Source: an uncultured Bacteroidales bacterium (GTDB lineage Bacteria > Bacteroidota > Bacteroidia > Bacteroidales > UBA10428). Taken from it: a stretch of DNA of 64,000 nucleotides. Position 1 is the first letter of the stretch. Each line of letters begins with the position of its first letter. The notes beneath the pieces were generated by a model. It saw only the letters and a program-made list of their open reading frames with translations, searched no databases and had not been told where the DNA came from. The stretch lies in assembly GCA_963790105.1 (NCBI GenBank), contig CAWBNI010000042.1, positions 27,235 to 91,234 of the forward strand. Direction: 5' to 3'. Below are positions 29,388 to 40,203 of this stretch, piece by piece. A program made the translations under genes and the position numbers.

Positions 29388-29936
29388 TTACAATTCCGGT
29401 TTCCAAGGGATATCATTTAGTCCAAAATCACGCAAAACCTTACGCGAGAGCACAAAAAGATAATCTGACAATCGGTTCATATATTTTATTACGGTATCCG
29501 GAACAAAAAGTTCGGCAGATAATCTTATTATTTCTCTTTCTGCCCTGCGACAAACTGTTCGTGAAATATGACATTGCGAGGATATGCTGTTGCCACCGGG
29601 CAGTATAAATGAATTTAAGGGCTCCAGCGTTAATTCCATTTCGTCAATGGCATTTTCCAGGCTTTTTACATCCGCATTCCGGAGTTCGGGAATTTTTACG
29701 GGACAATCCTCACAGTCAGCCGCCAGAATTGCCGCACAGGTCATAAGCCTGTCTTCAATCCAGAGCAGGTAACTTTTCAGATCGGCATTGCCTGTCATAT
29801 CCCGCAAAAGCGATATATGAGCAATTACTTCATCTACTGACCCATAGGCCTCTATTCTTGCATGAGTTTTTGAGACAGGAGTTCCGCCAACCAGCGTAGT
29901 TTTTCCTTTATCTCCTGTACGGGTGTATATTTTCAT
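29388..29936 (-). CDS. ATP:cob(I)alamin adenosyltransferase, PduO type
   Basis: Intact 182-aa ORF with N-terminal MKIYTRTGDKGKTTLVGG and ...LNSFILPGG...CHISRTVCRRAER, hallmark PduO/MMAB motifs. Confidence 0.9.
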   Translation of the reverse strand: MKIYTRTGDKGKTTLVGGTPVSKTHARIEAYGSVDEVIAHISLLRDMTGNADLKSYLLWIEDRLMTCAAILAADCEDCPVKIPELRNADVKSLENAIDEMELTLEPLNSFILPGGNSISSQCHISRTVCRRAEREIIRLSAELFVPDTVIKYMNRLSDYLFVLSRKVLRDFGLNDIPWKPEL

Positions 29937-30005
29937 TTTTTAGGGTACCTGAAAATGTAACACGGAAGATAATACATTGTTTTTAACGGCAGCACATATA
30001 TGATC

Positions 30006-31690
30006 TTAAAGTTTGTAGGAAAGTCCGAACATAAAATTAAAACGCTGTGCAGGATATTGACTCCAGATCATATAGCTTCTGTCGGCCATGTTATACAGAT
30101 CGGCAAAAATTGTAAGTGCCTTTGAATAATTGTAATTTACCTTCAGGTTAAGATCGGCAAAAGGTTTGAGCTTTTCCTTGCCTTCGGGCAAATAATAATT
30201 TTTTATCCACCGGTTGCCAATAAAATTAAAACCTCCCTGGACTGTGAGATTTTTACCAAAGAGATAGGAAGCTTCCAGGCCGATTCTGAAATCAGGTTTA
30301 TGCCATGGTTTTTCTTCGGCCAGCATTGAATAATCGAAATACTTTCCATCCAGCGAAATATTGCAGCTTACTGAGATGGCTGAATAACGAGTTGTCCGTG
30401 GTAGGTTATCAGGTCCACTTCGTCATACACACCGACAAACTTATTTTGCAGCAGATCACCTGCACTGGTGTCATTCACAAAGAAGTGCATGTTCTTAAAC
30501 AGGGTATATGAAACGTCTGCCCTGAAGCGTACGGATGAACTGATGCTTCCCTTTAAACCGCCGTATACGATCAGATTGCTGCTTGTGCCTTTCAGATTCA
30601 GACCGGGAACAATGAATGTATTTTCATCAAAAAGATCCATGTAGGAATTCTTTTGAAATTCTCCGGTTAATCCGATAAACGGAACAAGCACTTTTTCTAT
30701 GATAATAATGTCGAGTGAAGCGTGGGGATAGAAATAGTAATGGGTAATATCACCAATGTCTGCCACTGTTTCAAATCCCAGCAGGAATTTCCAGTCCTTG
30801 CTTCGTTTACTGATCCAGGGACTAAACCGGAATACCGTATTGGAAACCGAATCGAGTGTGGCCTTGGTTTTCGAATAGTCAAGTGAAATATCGAGCCCTC
30901 CCAGTAAACCATTGAAATTTTTATTCAATCCTCCTTCAATGCGAAACCTGTTTTCGTTGTTTTTAAGCTTGTCCCAGAAATAATCATAGTGCAGGTCCAG
31001 ATTGTAATTCAAATGCGAGGAATCGGTATATGTGGAGGCCAGGCCGATATCCAATCCTGCCGTGTAAGTCTGCATCTTGAGGCTGTCCTTATCAAGATCA
31101 GGCACAGAATCAAGATACAGGCCTGTATTGTATCCATAATAATTGAATCCATGGTGGTCGAATCGTACATCGCCCGTTAGTTTCATTTTCGGATAAATGC
31201 TTCTTCCATACAGCTTCACATTATCCAGTCCATATCCTGCAGGTACCTTCTGATCATTGGCCAGTATAACCTTGCCAGCTGATGATTTATGGTAGAGATA
31301 TAGACCATAGGCATACTGTTTTGACCTGACATTGCTTATGTTTAGTTCAGCGAGGGAGGTGGAATAATTTCCAAGTCCGACCTTCAGCCAGCTGTTGTAT
31401 ATTTTCGGGAGGGAAGTAGCAACTGTTTTTGCAGGTTTGATCAGGTCAGGGGTAAAGCTGTTTTCAAGTTTTTTTGGAGCAATCGAATAGTCGAAATGCG
31501 GTATGGTGGTTTCCACCTGGTTGTTTTCGGGAAGGAAGTTGAATTTAACGGCATCCGACAGTGTGGGCTCATACGGTCTTACCACATACACCTCCTTGTT
31601 AAGATCCTGCGCTGAAACACCCATGTTATTCATCAGGAGCATCAAACCCAAAAACAATGGAGACAGAATGATTATTTTTTTTCTCAACAT
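30006..31690 (-). pseudogene. Putative porin / large outer-membrane beta-barrel protein (one frame interruption)
   Basis: ORF 30368-31690 (signal peptide MLRKKIIILSPLFLGLMLLMNNMGVSAQ, beta-strand-rich) and ORF 30006-30326 (C-terminal strands ending ...FMFGLSYKL) form one barrel. Sits downstream of the big TPR gene, a pairing I recall as common in Bacteroidota. Confidence 0.6.
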
Positions 31691-31739
31691 ATTGTCAGTA
31701 TTATCTGTTTAATCAATTCATTTCATTTTTAGAGCCATA

Positions 31740-31764
31740 AGAGATGGGTTTCAAACCCATCTCT
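31740..31764. other. Perfect palindromic hairpin AGAGATGGGTTT-c-AAACCCATCTCT between the TPR gene and the porin gene
   Basis: 12-bp perfect arms read directly. No adjacent U-tract in the minus (transcribed) sense. Confidence 0.7.
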
Positions 31765-31820
31765 ACATTCCAATATAGCCGGATACTGAATACCGATCAC
31801 CGAATCATCCTGATTACCGG

Positions 31821-34800
31821 TTACTTCATCTGAATCTCCTCCTCTTCCTCCTGAACCTTAGGCTTACTTGTCTTTTCCTGGTTATCAGAAAGCTGTTTCT
31901 TTTTTGCCTTTGCCTCATCGAGAATGCCATCATCGGTTTTCTGATAGTAATCAATCAGGCTCTGCAAGGTTTGTATCGCCTGGAAATCATCTCCCTTATC
32001 CCTGAAAATATCTGCCCACAGCAGGAAGCTTTTGGCCATCCAGTACTGGTGCGGAGTACTTTTGTCTGCAAAATCAGAGATTTCCTTTTCAGCATTCTGC
32101 ATTTCCTTGCGTTGATAGTAAATTTCTGCAACCCGGAACTTGGATTCAGCTCCTTCAACACTTTTTACTTCTGTTGGCAACTTTCTTGAATTCATCCAGT
32201 GCCAGAACCTGCCTGTCTCTTGCCAGAAGTGCCTTTGCTTTGGCAAAACGGGTTTCACGTTCCTGCTCCGGGGACAATTTTTCAGTAAGCAAAATTTTAT
32301 CTGCCAGGTCGGTTACCTTGTCATATTGTTCAAGCAATGAATAGCACTTGAGCATACCCATGCGCGCTTCGAGGAGATTACTTTTTACTTCGGCAACCTC
32401 TTCGAGCTTACTGTAATATTCTGCCGCCTTCTGGTAATCCTTTTGTCTGAATTCAATTCGTGAAGCGCCCAGGAGTGCAGGTTCTGTAAATCTGCTCTGT
32501 GGCCTGTCAATGATATAATTAAAGGATTGCAGTGCCTCATCATTTTCATTGGCCCTGTAATTGCAGTCTCCCTTGTAAAAGTTTGCATTGAGAACGAAGC
32601 GGCCATCCGGGTGTTTCTGAATATAATTTTTAAAGCTTTGGGAGGCCCTGGCATAATCTCCGCTCATATAGATCTTTTCAGCGGCCTGGTAACTGAGAGA
32701 ATCCTGTTCAATAAGATCGGCTGAGGTGAGCACACCCAAACCATTCACAAATGAATAATAGGAATCTACATCATTCATATCAACATATACATTCTTGAGT
32801 CCGATGAGTGCATTTTCAGCCTCCGGCGTGCCGGGATAATCATTGATGACTTGCTTATAACACTGGATAGCCTCGTTATTCCGGTTGGAATTAAAGTAGA
32901 TCAATCCCATTCCCACCAGGGACTTCTTTACGTAGCTGCTTTTCGGATAATCGGTGATTACTTTCTTATAGGTGGTCAATGCTTTGTCGGTCTGATTCAG
33001 TTTAACATAACTTTCGGCCATCTGGAAAAGCACATCTGCTTTCAGGGTGGAATTTGGATTTGTGCTGATGATCTTATTCAGCGTGGTTATCTTTTCATTA
33101 TCTTTTCCTGACACGCCCAGTGCAAGTGCCTTCTGGAACAAGAGCATAATCAGTATTTCCTTTTCCGTTTTTAATAGCCATGTCATAATAAGAAACTGCT
33201 TTTGCATACTCCATCTGCACAAATGAACAGTCTCCGAGCCGGTTATAGGCATCTGTCATAATTTCGGGCTGCTTGCTGTATCCTGTTGCAGTGAAACGGT
33301 TGAACCATATGGCAGCATCAGGATACTGATGAAGGCTGAAATAGCAATAACCCAGGTTATAAAGGGCCGGAGCATATTCATTCAGCTTTTCAAGCGCCGG
33401 TCTGTGAAATAAAACCTGAATAATTGTCAATTGCCTTCTGGTAATCTGAGGATCTGTAATAGGCTTCTCCCTTCCAGTAAAGGCTTAAGGCATATAATTT
33501 CTGATCATAGGTGCCATAACGGGTGGAGGAGGTGAGCAGATCTACGGCTTCTGTAAATTTGCCGTTGCTGATCAATTCAAGTCCCCTGTAATAGGCAATT
33601 TTCTGATAGGCTTTTTTGATCTCATTGTTTTTATCCCTGATTTTATCAATAGAAGAAAGAGCCAGGGTGTAATTTTTCGCATTCAGATAGGCCATGACGA
33701 GAAAGTTGTTTGCCTCATCGCTCCTTTTGGAATTCGGATACTTGTCGAGATATTCATTCAAAGCCTGAACAGCTTCATTAAACGGAGAATAATCAAGTTC
33801 ATAGGTCAGTAAGGCGCTATTGAACAGGGAATTTTCCTGGATTTCCGGGTCGAAGTCCATTTTGGCAGCTGATGAAAATGCCATCCTGGCCTTGTTTTTA
33901 TCATTCAGTTTCAACTGGCAATCAGCCAGGTGATATAGTGCATTCTGGCTCAGTGCTGATTCGGTTCCCGTGATCTGGCCAAAGAGAGCGGCTGCTTTGG
34001 CATAATCATTTGTTTTATAATAGGCATAGGCCAGGCTGTATTTATCCTCGCGGCTGGCGGAGGCAGAGCGATGCCATATATTTTTCAAGGTATGGAATGG
34101 CTTCTTCATACAGGTTAAGCTGGGCATAAGATTCGCCGATTATCCTGGAAACTTCGGGCGCTCTTTTTTCCGTAACATTCTGCATGAGGTTGGGACCATA
34201 TTTCACCACCTCGTCGAATTTTTTCTGCTTGTAATAGATCTGGGTAAGATAATAGGGAACAATGGGTCCGAAATTTGGATCATCTTTCAGGCGCAGGAAA
34301 CCTTCGAGTGCTGTTTCGTAATTTCCCTGGGTGTAGTTGATGTGGGAATAATAATACAAGGCCGGGGTCGTATATTTGGTATCGAGGTCCTTGATCTGGC
34401 TAAAGGCGTACCTGGCTTTATCATAATTCTCATCCAGAAAATAACAGTAGCCGCTTTTAAAGTAATATTCCGACAAATCATCACGGCTTAAACGGGAAGT
34501 TTCCACCTGGGAATAGTAATCCATTGCTTTATTGTAGCTCTTGCGCTGGTAAAAATATCCGGCAAGGTTAAGGATGGCCTCATTTCTCAGCGGATTTTCA
34601 GGATTTTTTGCCAGGAAGGTCAATGTTCTGCTTTCTGCATCGTTGTTAAATAACTTTACCGATGACATGGCGGAATAGAATTCACTGTTTGATACAAGGT
34701 CGGAGTTTTCCAGGCTATGCTCCTTCAGGTAACGGTCGAAATACTCCTGTGCTGCGCTGTATTTTCCATTGTTATATAACTCCAGGCCCTGCCTGTACTG

Positions 34801-34896
34801 GGCTTCCGTATTTGTGTTATAGTCGGTCTGCTGGGCTGTCAGAAACGCACTGAAAGACAGTGCAACCAACATATTTACAAGGTGTTTCAGATTCAT
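31821..34896 (-). pseudogene. Large (~1000 aa) tetratricopeptide-repeat protein (frame interrupted about 4 times)
   Basis: Five overlapping minus-strand ORFs (34042-34896, 33390-34127, 33098-33430, 32155-33252, 31821-32258), all with TPR-type A/Y/L periodicity. Signal peptide MNLKHLVNMLVALSFSAFLTAQ. Acidic C-terminal tail. Confidence 0.75.
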
Positions 34897-35069
34897 TTGT
34901 ATATGTTTTCAGGCTAAAATTACTGATTAATAACGTATAAATACCCCCGCTTATTCTATTTAAATTAACAGGTAGGTGTTAATTATGGAACAGCAATTAT
35001 GATTTTTAATCAGTATTTTTGAAATTTAGTAATAAATCTTTTCCGACAATCATGGTTGAAGAATCAACA

Positions 35070-35145
35070 CCGGTACCAGAAGAAATAACTCCGGATACCG
35101 GAAGAAATAGCACCGATACCAGAAGAAACTGCACCTGTACCGGCT
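35070..35145 (+). repeat. 21-nt (7-codon) tandem repeat x3.5 immediately upstream of ftsE, encoding P-x-P-E-E-x-x units
   Basis: Units are CCGGTACCAGAAGAAATAACT (35070-35090), CCGGATACCGGAAGAAATAGCA (35091-35112, 22 nt), CCGATACCAGAAGAAACTGCA (35113-35133) and CCTGTACCGGCT... An ATG at 35052 lies upstream. Confidence 0.8.
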
Positions 35146-35152
35146 AGAAAAG

Positions 35153-35845
35153 GTGGTTGTTTTTGAAAATGCTTCTATTTTCCAGGAAGATCACCTGGTC
35201 ATGTCGGGTGTTAACTTTTCCCTGGCCCGTGGCGAGTTTGTTTACCTGATAGGTCGGGTAGGTAGCGGGAAATCGAGTCTGATTAAAACTATTACGGCTG
35301 AACTGCCTTTAAAAGAAGGATCAGTGAGCGTGGTGGGATTTCAGCTTGAGTCACTCAGATCCAGGCAAATTCCCTTATTAAGACGGAAACTGGGAATTGT
35401 ATTCCAGGATTTTCAATTGCTGATCGACCGTTCTGTATATGACAACCTGTATTTTGTATTGCATGCCACCGGATGGAAGAATAAAGAGGAGATTGACCAG
35501 CGGATCATGCAGGTACTGGAAAAAGTGGAGCTGCAGAATAAGGGTTATAAGATGCCTCACCAGTTATCAGGCGGAGAGCAGCAGCGTGTTGTGATTGCCA
35601 GGGCATTGCTCAATGACCCGGAAATCATTCTTGCCGATGAGCCTACTGGTAATCTCGATCCTGAAACTTCGGAGGGAATAATGAATCTCCTGCGGGAGAT
35701 CAGTGAAAGCGGTTGTTCAGTATTGATGGCCACCCATAACTATACCCTGCTGAAAAAGTATCCGGCCCGCACAATGAAATGCCAGGACGGAAAGCTGGTG
35801 GAGATTCAGGAAAGTGATGAAATCGATTTTTCCACGCTGGATTGA
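35153..35845 (+). CDS. ftsE: Cell-division ABC ATPase FtsE
   Basis: GTG start. Walker [11 protein letters not shown]-loop, signature LSGGEQQRV, Walker [13 protein letters not shown]-loop. A possible N-terminal proline/glutamate repeat extension from ATG 35052 needs two frame corrections. Confidence 0.85.
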   Translation: MVVFENASIFQEDHLVMSGVNFSLARGEFVYLIGRVGSGKSSLIKTITAELPLKEGSVSVVGFQLESLRSRQIPLLRRKLGIVFQDFQLLIDRSVYDNLYFVLHATGWKNKEEIDQRIMQVLEKVELQNKGYKMPHQLSGGEQQRVVIARALLNDPEIILADEPTGNLDPETSEGIMNLLREISESGCSVLMATHNYTLLKKYPARTMKCQDGKLVEIQESDEIDFSTLD

Positions 35846-36341
35846 AGGAGGGACAAGGGACGAGGGACGAGGGACGAGCAGGAAATATCCTTTTAGAGGA
35901 TATCTGGCAGTAGAAGAAGTTACGGGGGATAAGGAATTCATCTGATATTATTTCCAGTTATACAATCCATTAACGATTTTGAATTTATTGGAATTACCAG
36001 AGGGTAATTTTAAAGTGGAAGGTCTTTATGTAGGGACGAGGGACGAGGGACAAGGAAGTTTTGCAGTTTTGCAGTTACTAGCGGTTCTGCGATCATGCAG
36101 TCGTGCAGTCGTGGGCAGATAAACTGTTCTGCGGTTCTGCAGTTAAGGTGCCGGAAAATGCGCGTAGCGCATTAATTATTGTAGAATGTGCAGTATGCTG
36201 CAGTTTTGAATGGTGTAGTCGAGACAGCCTCGGAGAGGCCTGATTTCAATAACCGTGGTGTACCCACGGAGAATGAGTGCGTTGTCTCTCAGCCCGAGGG
36301 CTGACAAAAATCGTAAATCGTATATCGTAAATCGTAAATCA
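35846..36341 (+). repeat. Composite mosaic region with arrays, hairpins and hp2 element A
   Basis: GGGACGA array 35846-35882. Hairpins ATATCC..GGATAT (~35886-35903) and ATTACC-agag-GGTAAT (~35993-36008). Second GGGACGA array 36030-36055. TGCAG arrays 36058-36144. Hairpin AATGCGC-gta-GCGCATT 36157-36173. hp2 copy A 36227-36269 (GCCTC-gga-GAGGC, TGATTTCAATAACC, CCGTGG-tgtac-CCACGG). AATCGTA array 36307-36341, ending 7 nt before the MORN gene ATG. Confidence 0.85.
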
Positions 36342-36348
36342 AATTCCC

Positions 36349-37020
36349 ATGAAAACCCAAGTCATTTTAGCATTTCTTTTCTTCCCTTTATGCCTGGCAA
36401 ATAGCCAGGAAAAAGAGGAATGCAAGGTTCTGGTCCCCGCCCTGGCCGGTGTTTATCAGGGCGGATGCAAAGACGGTCTGGCTCATGGTAAAGGCACAGC
36501 CAGCGGCACAGATGCGTATACCGGAGTGTTCAGAAACGGGTATCCCAATGGTAAGGGTACCTATACCTGGGCATCAGGCAATACTTACAAAGGTGATTGG
36601 AATATGGGAAAGCGCGACGGGGATGGAATATTTACAGGCAGATTGGATGGAAAGGATACTGTACTGGCAGGCCTTTGGAAGGATGATAATTTCATAGGAG
36701 CTAAACCTAGCCCTCCGAGAATTATAATGAAATATAATGTGGTAAGTACAACTTTTACGCGTACCGGCGATGGAAATAAAATTTCAATCTCTTTTTACCA
36801 GAATGGCATGATCAACAATGTGATGTCTTTGTCAATTGTCAGTAATTGCGGGAGTGAAGTTAAAAGTGGAAATATTACCAATTACTTTGATATTCATTTC
36901 CCCTTTCACTGTAAAATCAATTATCAGTCGTGGAATGGACTCAGAACGCAGCTTTTCGATTGTGTACTTGAATTTGAGATAACCCAGCCGGGAAGCTGGG
37001 ATCTGCGGGTGGGGAACTAA
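36349..37020 (+). CDS. Secreted MORN-repeat protein with uncharacterised C-terminal domain
   Basis: Intact 223-aa ORF with signal peptide MKTQVILAFLFFPLCLANSQ. MORN-type units (YQGGCKDGLAHGKGT, YTGVFRNGYPNGKGTYTW, YKGDWNMGKRDGDG). Confidence 0.75.
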   Translation: MKTQVILAFLFFPLCLANSQEKEECKVLVPALAGVYQGGCKDGLAHGKGTASGTDAYTGVFRNGYPNGKGTYTWASGNTYKGDWNMGKRDGDGIFTGRLDGKDTVLAGLWKDDNFIGAKPSPPRIIMKYNVVSTTFTRTGDGNKISISFYQNGMINNVMSLSIVSNCGSEVKSGNITNYFDIHFPFHCKINYQSWNGLRTQLFDCVLEFEITQPGSWDLRVGN

Positions 37021-37022
37021 GA

Positions 37023-37228
37023 AGTTCTGCGGTTCTGCAGTTCTGCAGTTCTGCGGTTATGCGGTTATGCAGTTCTGCAGTTCTGCAGTCGTGCAGGTCG
37101 GGCCTCGAAGAGGCCTCGATCTCAATAACCGGGTGTGAAAACCCACGGAAAATCGTAAATTGCAATCGGCAAATCGTAAATAGCAAATCTAAATCGTAAA
37201 TGCAATCGTAAATCGTAAATCGTAAATC
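37023..37228 (+). repeat. Composite mosaic element: (GTTCTGCA)n, hp2 element B, (AATCGTA)n. A direct copy of the module upstream of the MORN gene
   Basis: GTTCTGCR octamers 37023-37098. hp2 copy B 37101-37148 (GGCCTC-gaa-GAGGCC, TCGATCTCAATAACC, imperfect second stem). AATCGTA-type units 37150-37228, ending 5 nt before the GT4 ATG. Confidence 0.85.
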
Positions 37229-37233
37229 CCTTT

Positions 37234-38434
37234 ATGTCCTCCGTTTGCATGATATCCTCCCTCCACGGTCTCTATGATGACCGTATTTATTGGAAGGAGG
37301 CCCTGTCATTAAAAAATCATGGATATGACGTGATCCATGTTACTACAGGAGACAAAGATCTGGATTTTATCTCTGAACATGGAATCCGGTTAATCCAGGT
37401 AAAAAAGAAAAGGTATTTCCGGAATCCTTATCTGGACATACTGTTCCGCAAAATTACTTTCCGGCCGGATGTATATAAAAAGATGTTTCGGATTTGCGCA
37501 GCTCTGCATGCAGATGTTTATCATTATCATGATATTCAGATAAACCGTTTCAGCAGAAAATTAAAGCAGCTTTCGCATTCCCCGGCAGTGATCTATGATG
37601 TGCATGAGGACTTTTCCGATCTTATCCTTTCCGGCAGGCCATTAAACAGTCCGGTGAGATGGTTTTTCCAGCTGTATGCGGACTGGCTCAACCGGTGGGA
37701 GCTTTCCCGCGCTTCCTCCTGTGATTTTATTATCGCTGCTGTTGATCATATTTGTCAGAAATTTGAAAAGATGGCAGCACACGGGAAAGGCAGCGGTGAT
37801 TTATAATTATACAACCCTGCAGCCTGATACGATAACGCCGGCAGAAAAAAAGAAATACGATGCCATTTATTGCGGGCAGATAAATCCGGTGAGAGGGGGA
37901 ATGGAGATTGCACAGGCAGTGGTTCTTGCAAGGAAAGTGATTCCCGGGATTAAGGTTTTGCTGCTGGGTCCGGTTCCGGATGCGCAATATAAAAAGAAAC
38001 TGCTTGATGTGATTGAAAAAAACAATCTTCAGGACAATCTGATTCTTTATGGAAATGTGCCTTATAGTGAAATCGAAACATTCTACCAGGATAGCCGGAT
38101 AGGACTTGGAATTTTCATGCCTGTGAGCATATTTTATTATGGAATTCAGATTAAGACATTTGAATATATGGCGTTTGGTCTGCCTGTTATTTGCAGTAAC
38201 TTTGGAACCATTGATCAGATCATTCGTGAAACAGGATCAGGAATTACAGTTGATCCCCGTTCTCCTGAAGCCATCAGCAACGCCCTGATTACGCTCCTTA
38301 CAGATAAAGAATTATACAAAACCTGCAGCACAAACGGAAGACTTGCAGTAAAGAATAAATACAACTGGAAAACCGAGGAAGCCAAATTGCTTGATATTTA
38401 TAGGGGACTGTCACGTTTGCACGGAAATGCTTAG
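37234..38434 (+). pseudogene. Glycosyltransferase family 4 (GT-B fold), one frame interruption
   Basis: The N-terminal half (ORF 37234-37806) and the C-terminal half with the EYMAFGLPVICSN...G motif (ORF 37676-38434) overlap in different frames. Confidence 0.75.
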
Positions 38435-38469
38435 ATTTACAGTAGATTAAAAATCCAAATTCACAGAAC

Positions 38470-39946
38470 TTGATATTTGGCGAAAGATCCATACATTCTA
38501 ACAGGCAGATCCGGGATTTTATCTTTTATCTTTCAGGTTCTTTGATCCTGGCCCTGATTGCAATTGTAAGGCTTCCTGTTTTTACCAGTCACTTTTCACC
38601 GGCGGAATTTGGATTGTTCAGCCTGGTTTCAATTACCTATACCTACCTTTCCGTTGCCCTTTACAATTGGATCAATTCATGTGTATACAGGTATTATCAT
38701 GAATATGAAGAAAGCGGACAGTTGCAAATTCTGTACAGCAATATTTTTCTTCTTTTTCTCACTGCCAGTGCTGTTTTGCTGCTTGTATCCGTAGCCTGGT
38801 ATATTTCTGCCGGGGGAAAAGAGATCCGATCGCTCGTGGTCCCGGCCTTTTGCTTTCTTTTTACAAACCAGATTTTCAGTATTTTGCTTGTAATTTATAA
38901 AATCCGGGGGAAGGCATTAATTTTTAACCTTTTTCAGGCGCTGCAGGCAGTTTTTTCCTTTCTTCTTATCCTCCTGTTGATTTTCAACATGAACGTGGGC
39001 ATAAATGCTATTTTTATAGGTCAGGCCGGAATAAACCTGGTATTGACCATTATTCTGCTGGTCCTGAACCGTTCTATTGCTGGGTGAAATTTCCCCGGCA
39101 TCCTTATCGGTAGTGTTTATGCGTAAAATGATGCATTACGGATTTGTTGGCTTTATCAGTTCAATGGGCATATTTATTCTTATTTCATCAGACAGGTATG
39201 TTATTGCCCTCTTTCAGGATGTAAGCCAGGTAGGGATTTATAACCAGGTTTACCAGGTGGGACAGGTGAGTGTTTACTTCCTGGTCACTGTTTTCTTCAA
39301 TACCATCACACCCGGATTCAACAAATTGCTGACGGGATTTTCAAAGGAAAATGAAAAGCATACTGATGAATTATGTGTATGCATTTGTGCTTCTCATTTT
39401 ACCCCTGACTTTTTATGTTTCCATTTTTGCCCGGCAGGTAGCGGATTTTTTATTGGGGAAGGAATTCAGGCAGGGATTTGCAATGATTCCCTGGATTGTG
39501 ACCAGTTCATTTTTATATGGACTGACCCTGTTTAACGAGACTAAAATGAAATTTGAACATCGGTTCAGGCCGGTATTATGGGGCGTTATTATTGCCTGCG
39601 TGTTGAATGCAGCGCTGAACTTTATTTTTGTGCCCTTGTGGGGATATTCATGGGCCGCTATTTCCACATTTATCGCCTACCTGTTTCTTTTCCTTTATTA
39701 TTATTTAAAGGATGATTTTCCCTACTTGCGGGATAAGGGTCTTATCAGGATTGTACTGATCAGCATGACCATCCTGTTGTCGAAATGGCTATTGATATCA
39801 TGATCAGGAAAGGATTTTCAATTGATCTCAACAAATGGTTTACCCTGGCGGAAGGAGTTGTTTTTCTGGGAATATATGTGGGATTGGTATTACGTTTCAG
39901 GCTTATCCCGGATCAGATAGTCATCATTTTATCGGAAATAGATTAG
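38470..39946 (+). pseudogene. Polysaccharide/oligosaccharide flippase (Wzx/MOP superfamily), frame interrupted about 3 times
   Basis: Polytopic membrane protein spread over ORFs 38470-39087, 39077-39535 and 39351-39803 plus a further open frame to TAG at 39944-39946. Adjacent to the GT4 gene. Confidence 0.65.
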
Positions 39947-40053
39947 GCCGGAATAATGGCATCCTGTTAGCGAGGATCGATAGCAAGTAATGCGCTCCGC
40001 TCAATCAACTGCAGAATCCGTCACCGAGATGGCTGCAGACACTGTCAACCTGA

Positions 40054-40086
40054 CTCAATCAACAATCAACTATCAACAATCAACTA
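40054..40086 (+). repeat. (CAATCAAC)n degenerate octamer array
   Basis: CTCAATCAACAATCAACTATCAACAATCAACTA. A related single unit lies at 40001-40010, a hairpin ATCCT-gttagcg-AGGAT at ~39961-39977, and the same word family occurs at 50283-50312 and (reverse) 57916-57946. Confidence 0.75.
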
Positions 40087-40203
40087 AATCCCGATAGGGT
40101 AAAAACCGGGTTTCGGGTCTTAAATACAGAAAAGCTTTTCAAACGATATTAAAACCATAAACGAAAGAAATTAAAGTTATCCAACAATAAATAAATAGCA
40201 ATC

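Noticed and set aside
36058-37228. Interpretation of the mosaic modules as a transposon or MITE carrying the MORN gene.
   Set aside because: There is no transposase or integrase, no clear terminal inverted repeats and no target-site duplication. The flanking copies are direct, degenerate and of unequal length. I kept this only as a recombination-substrate hypothesis in the findings.
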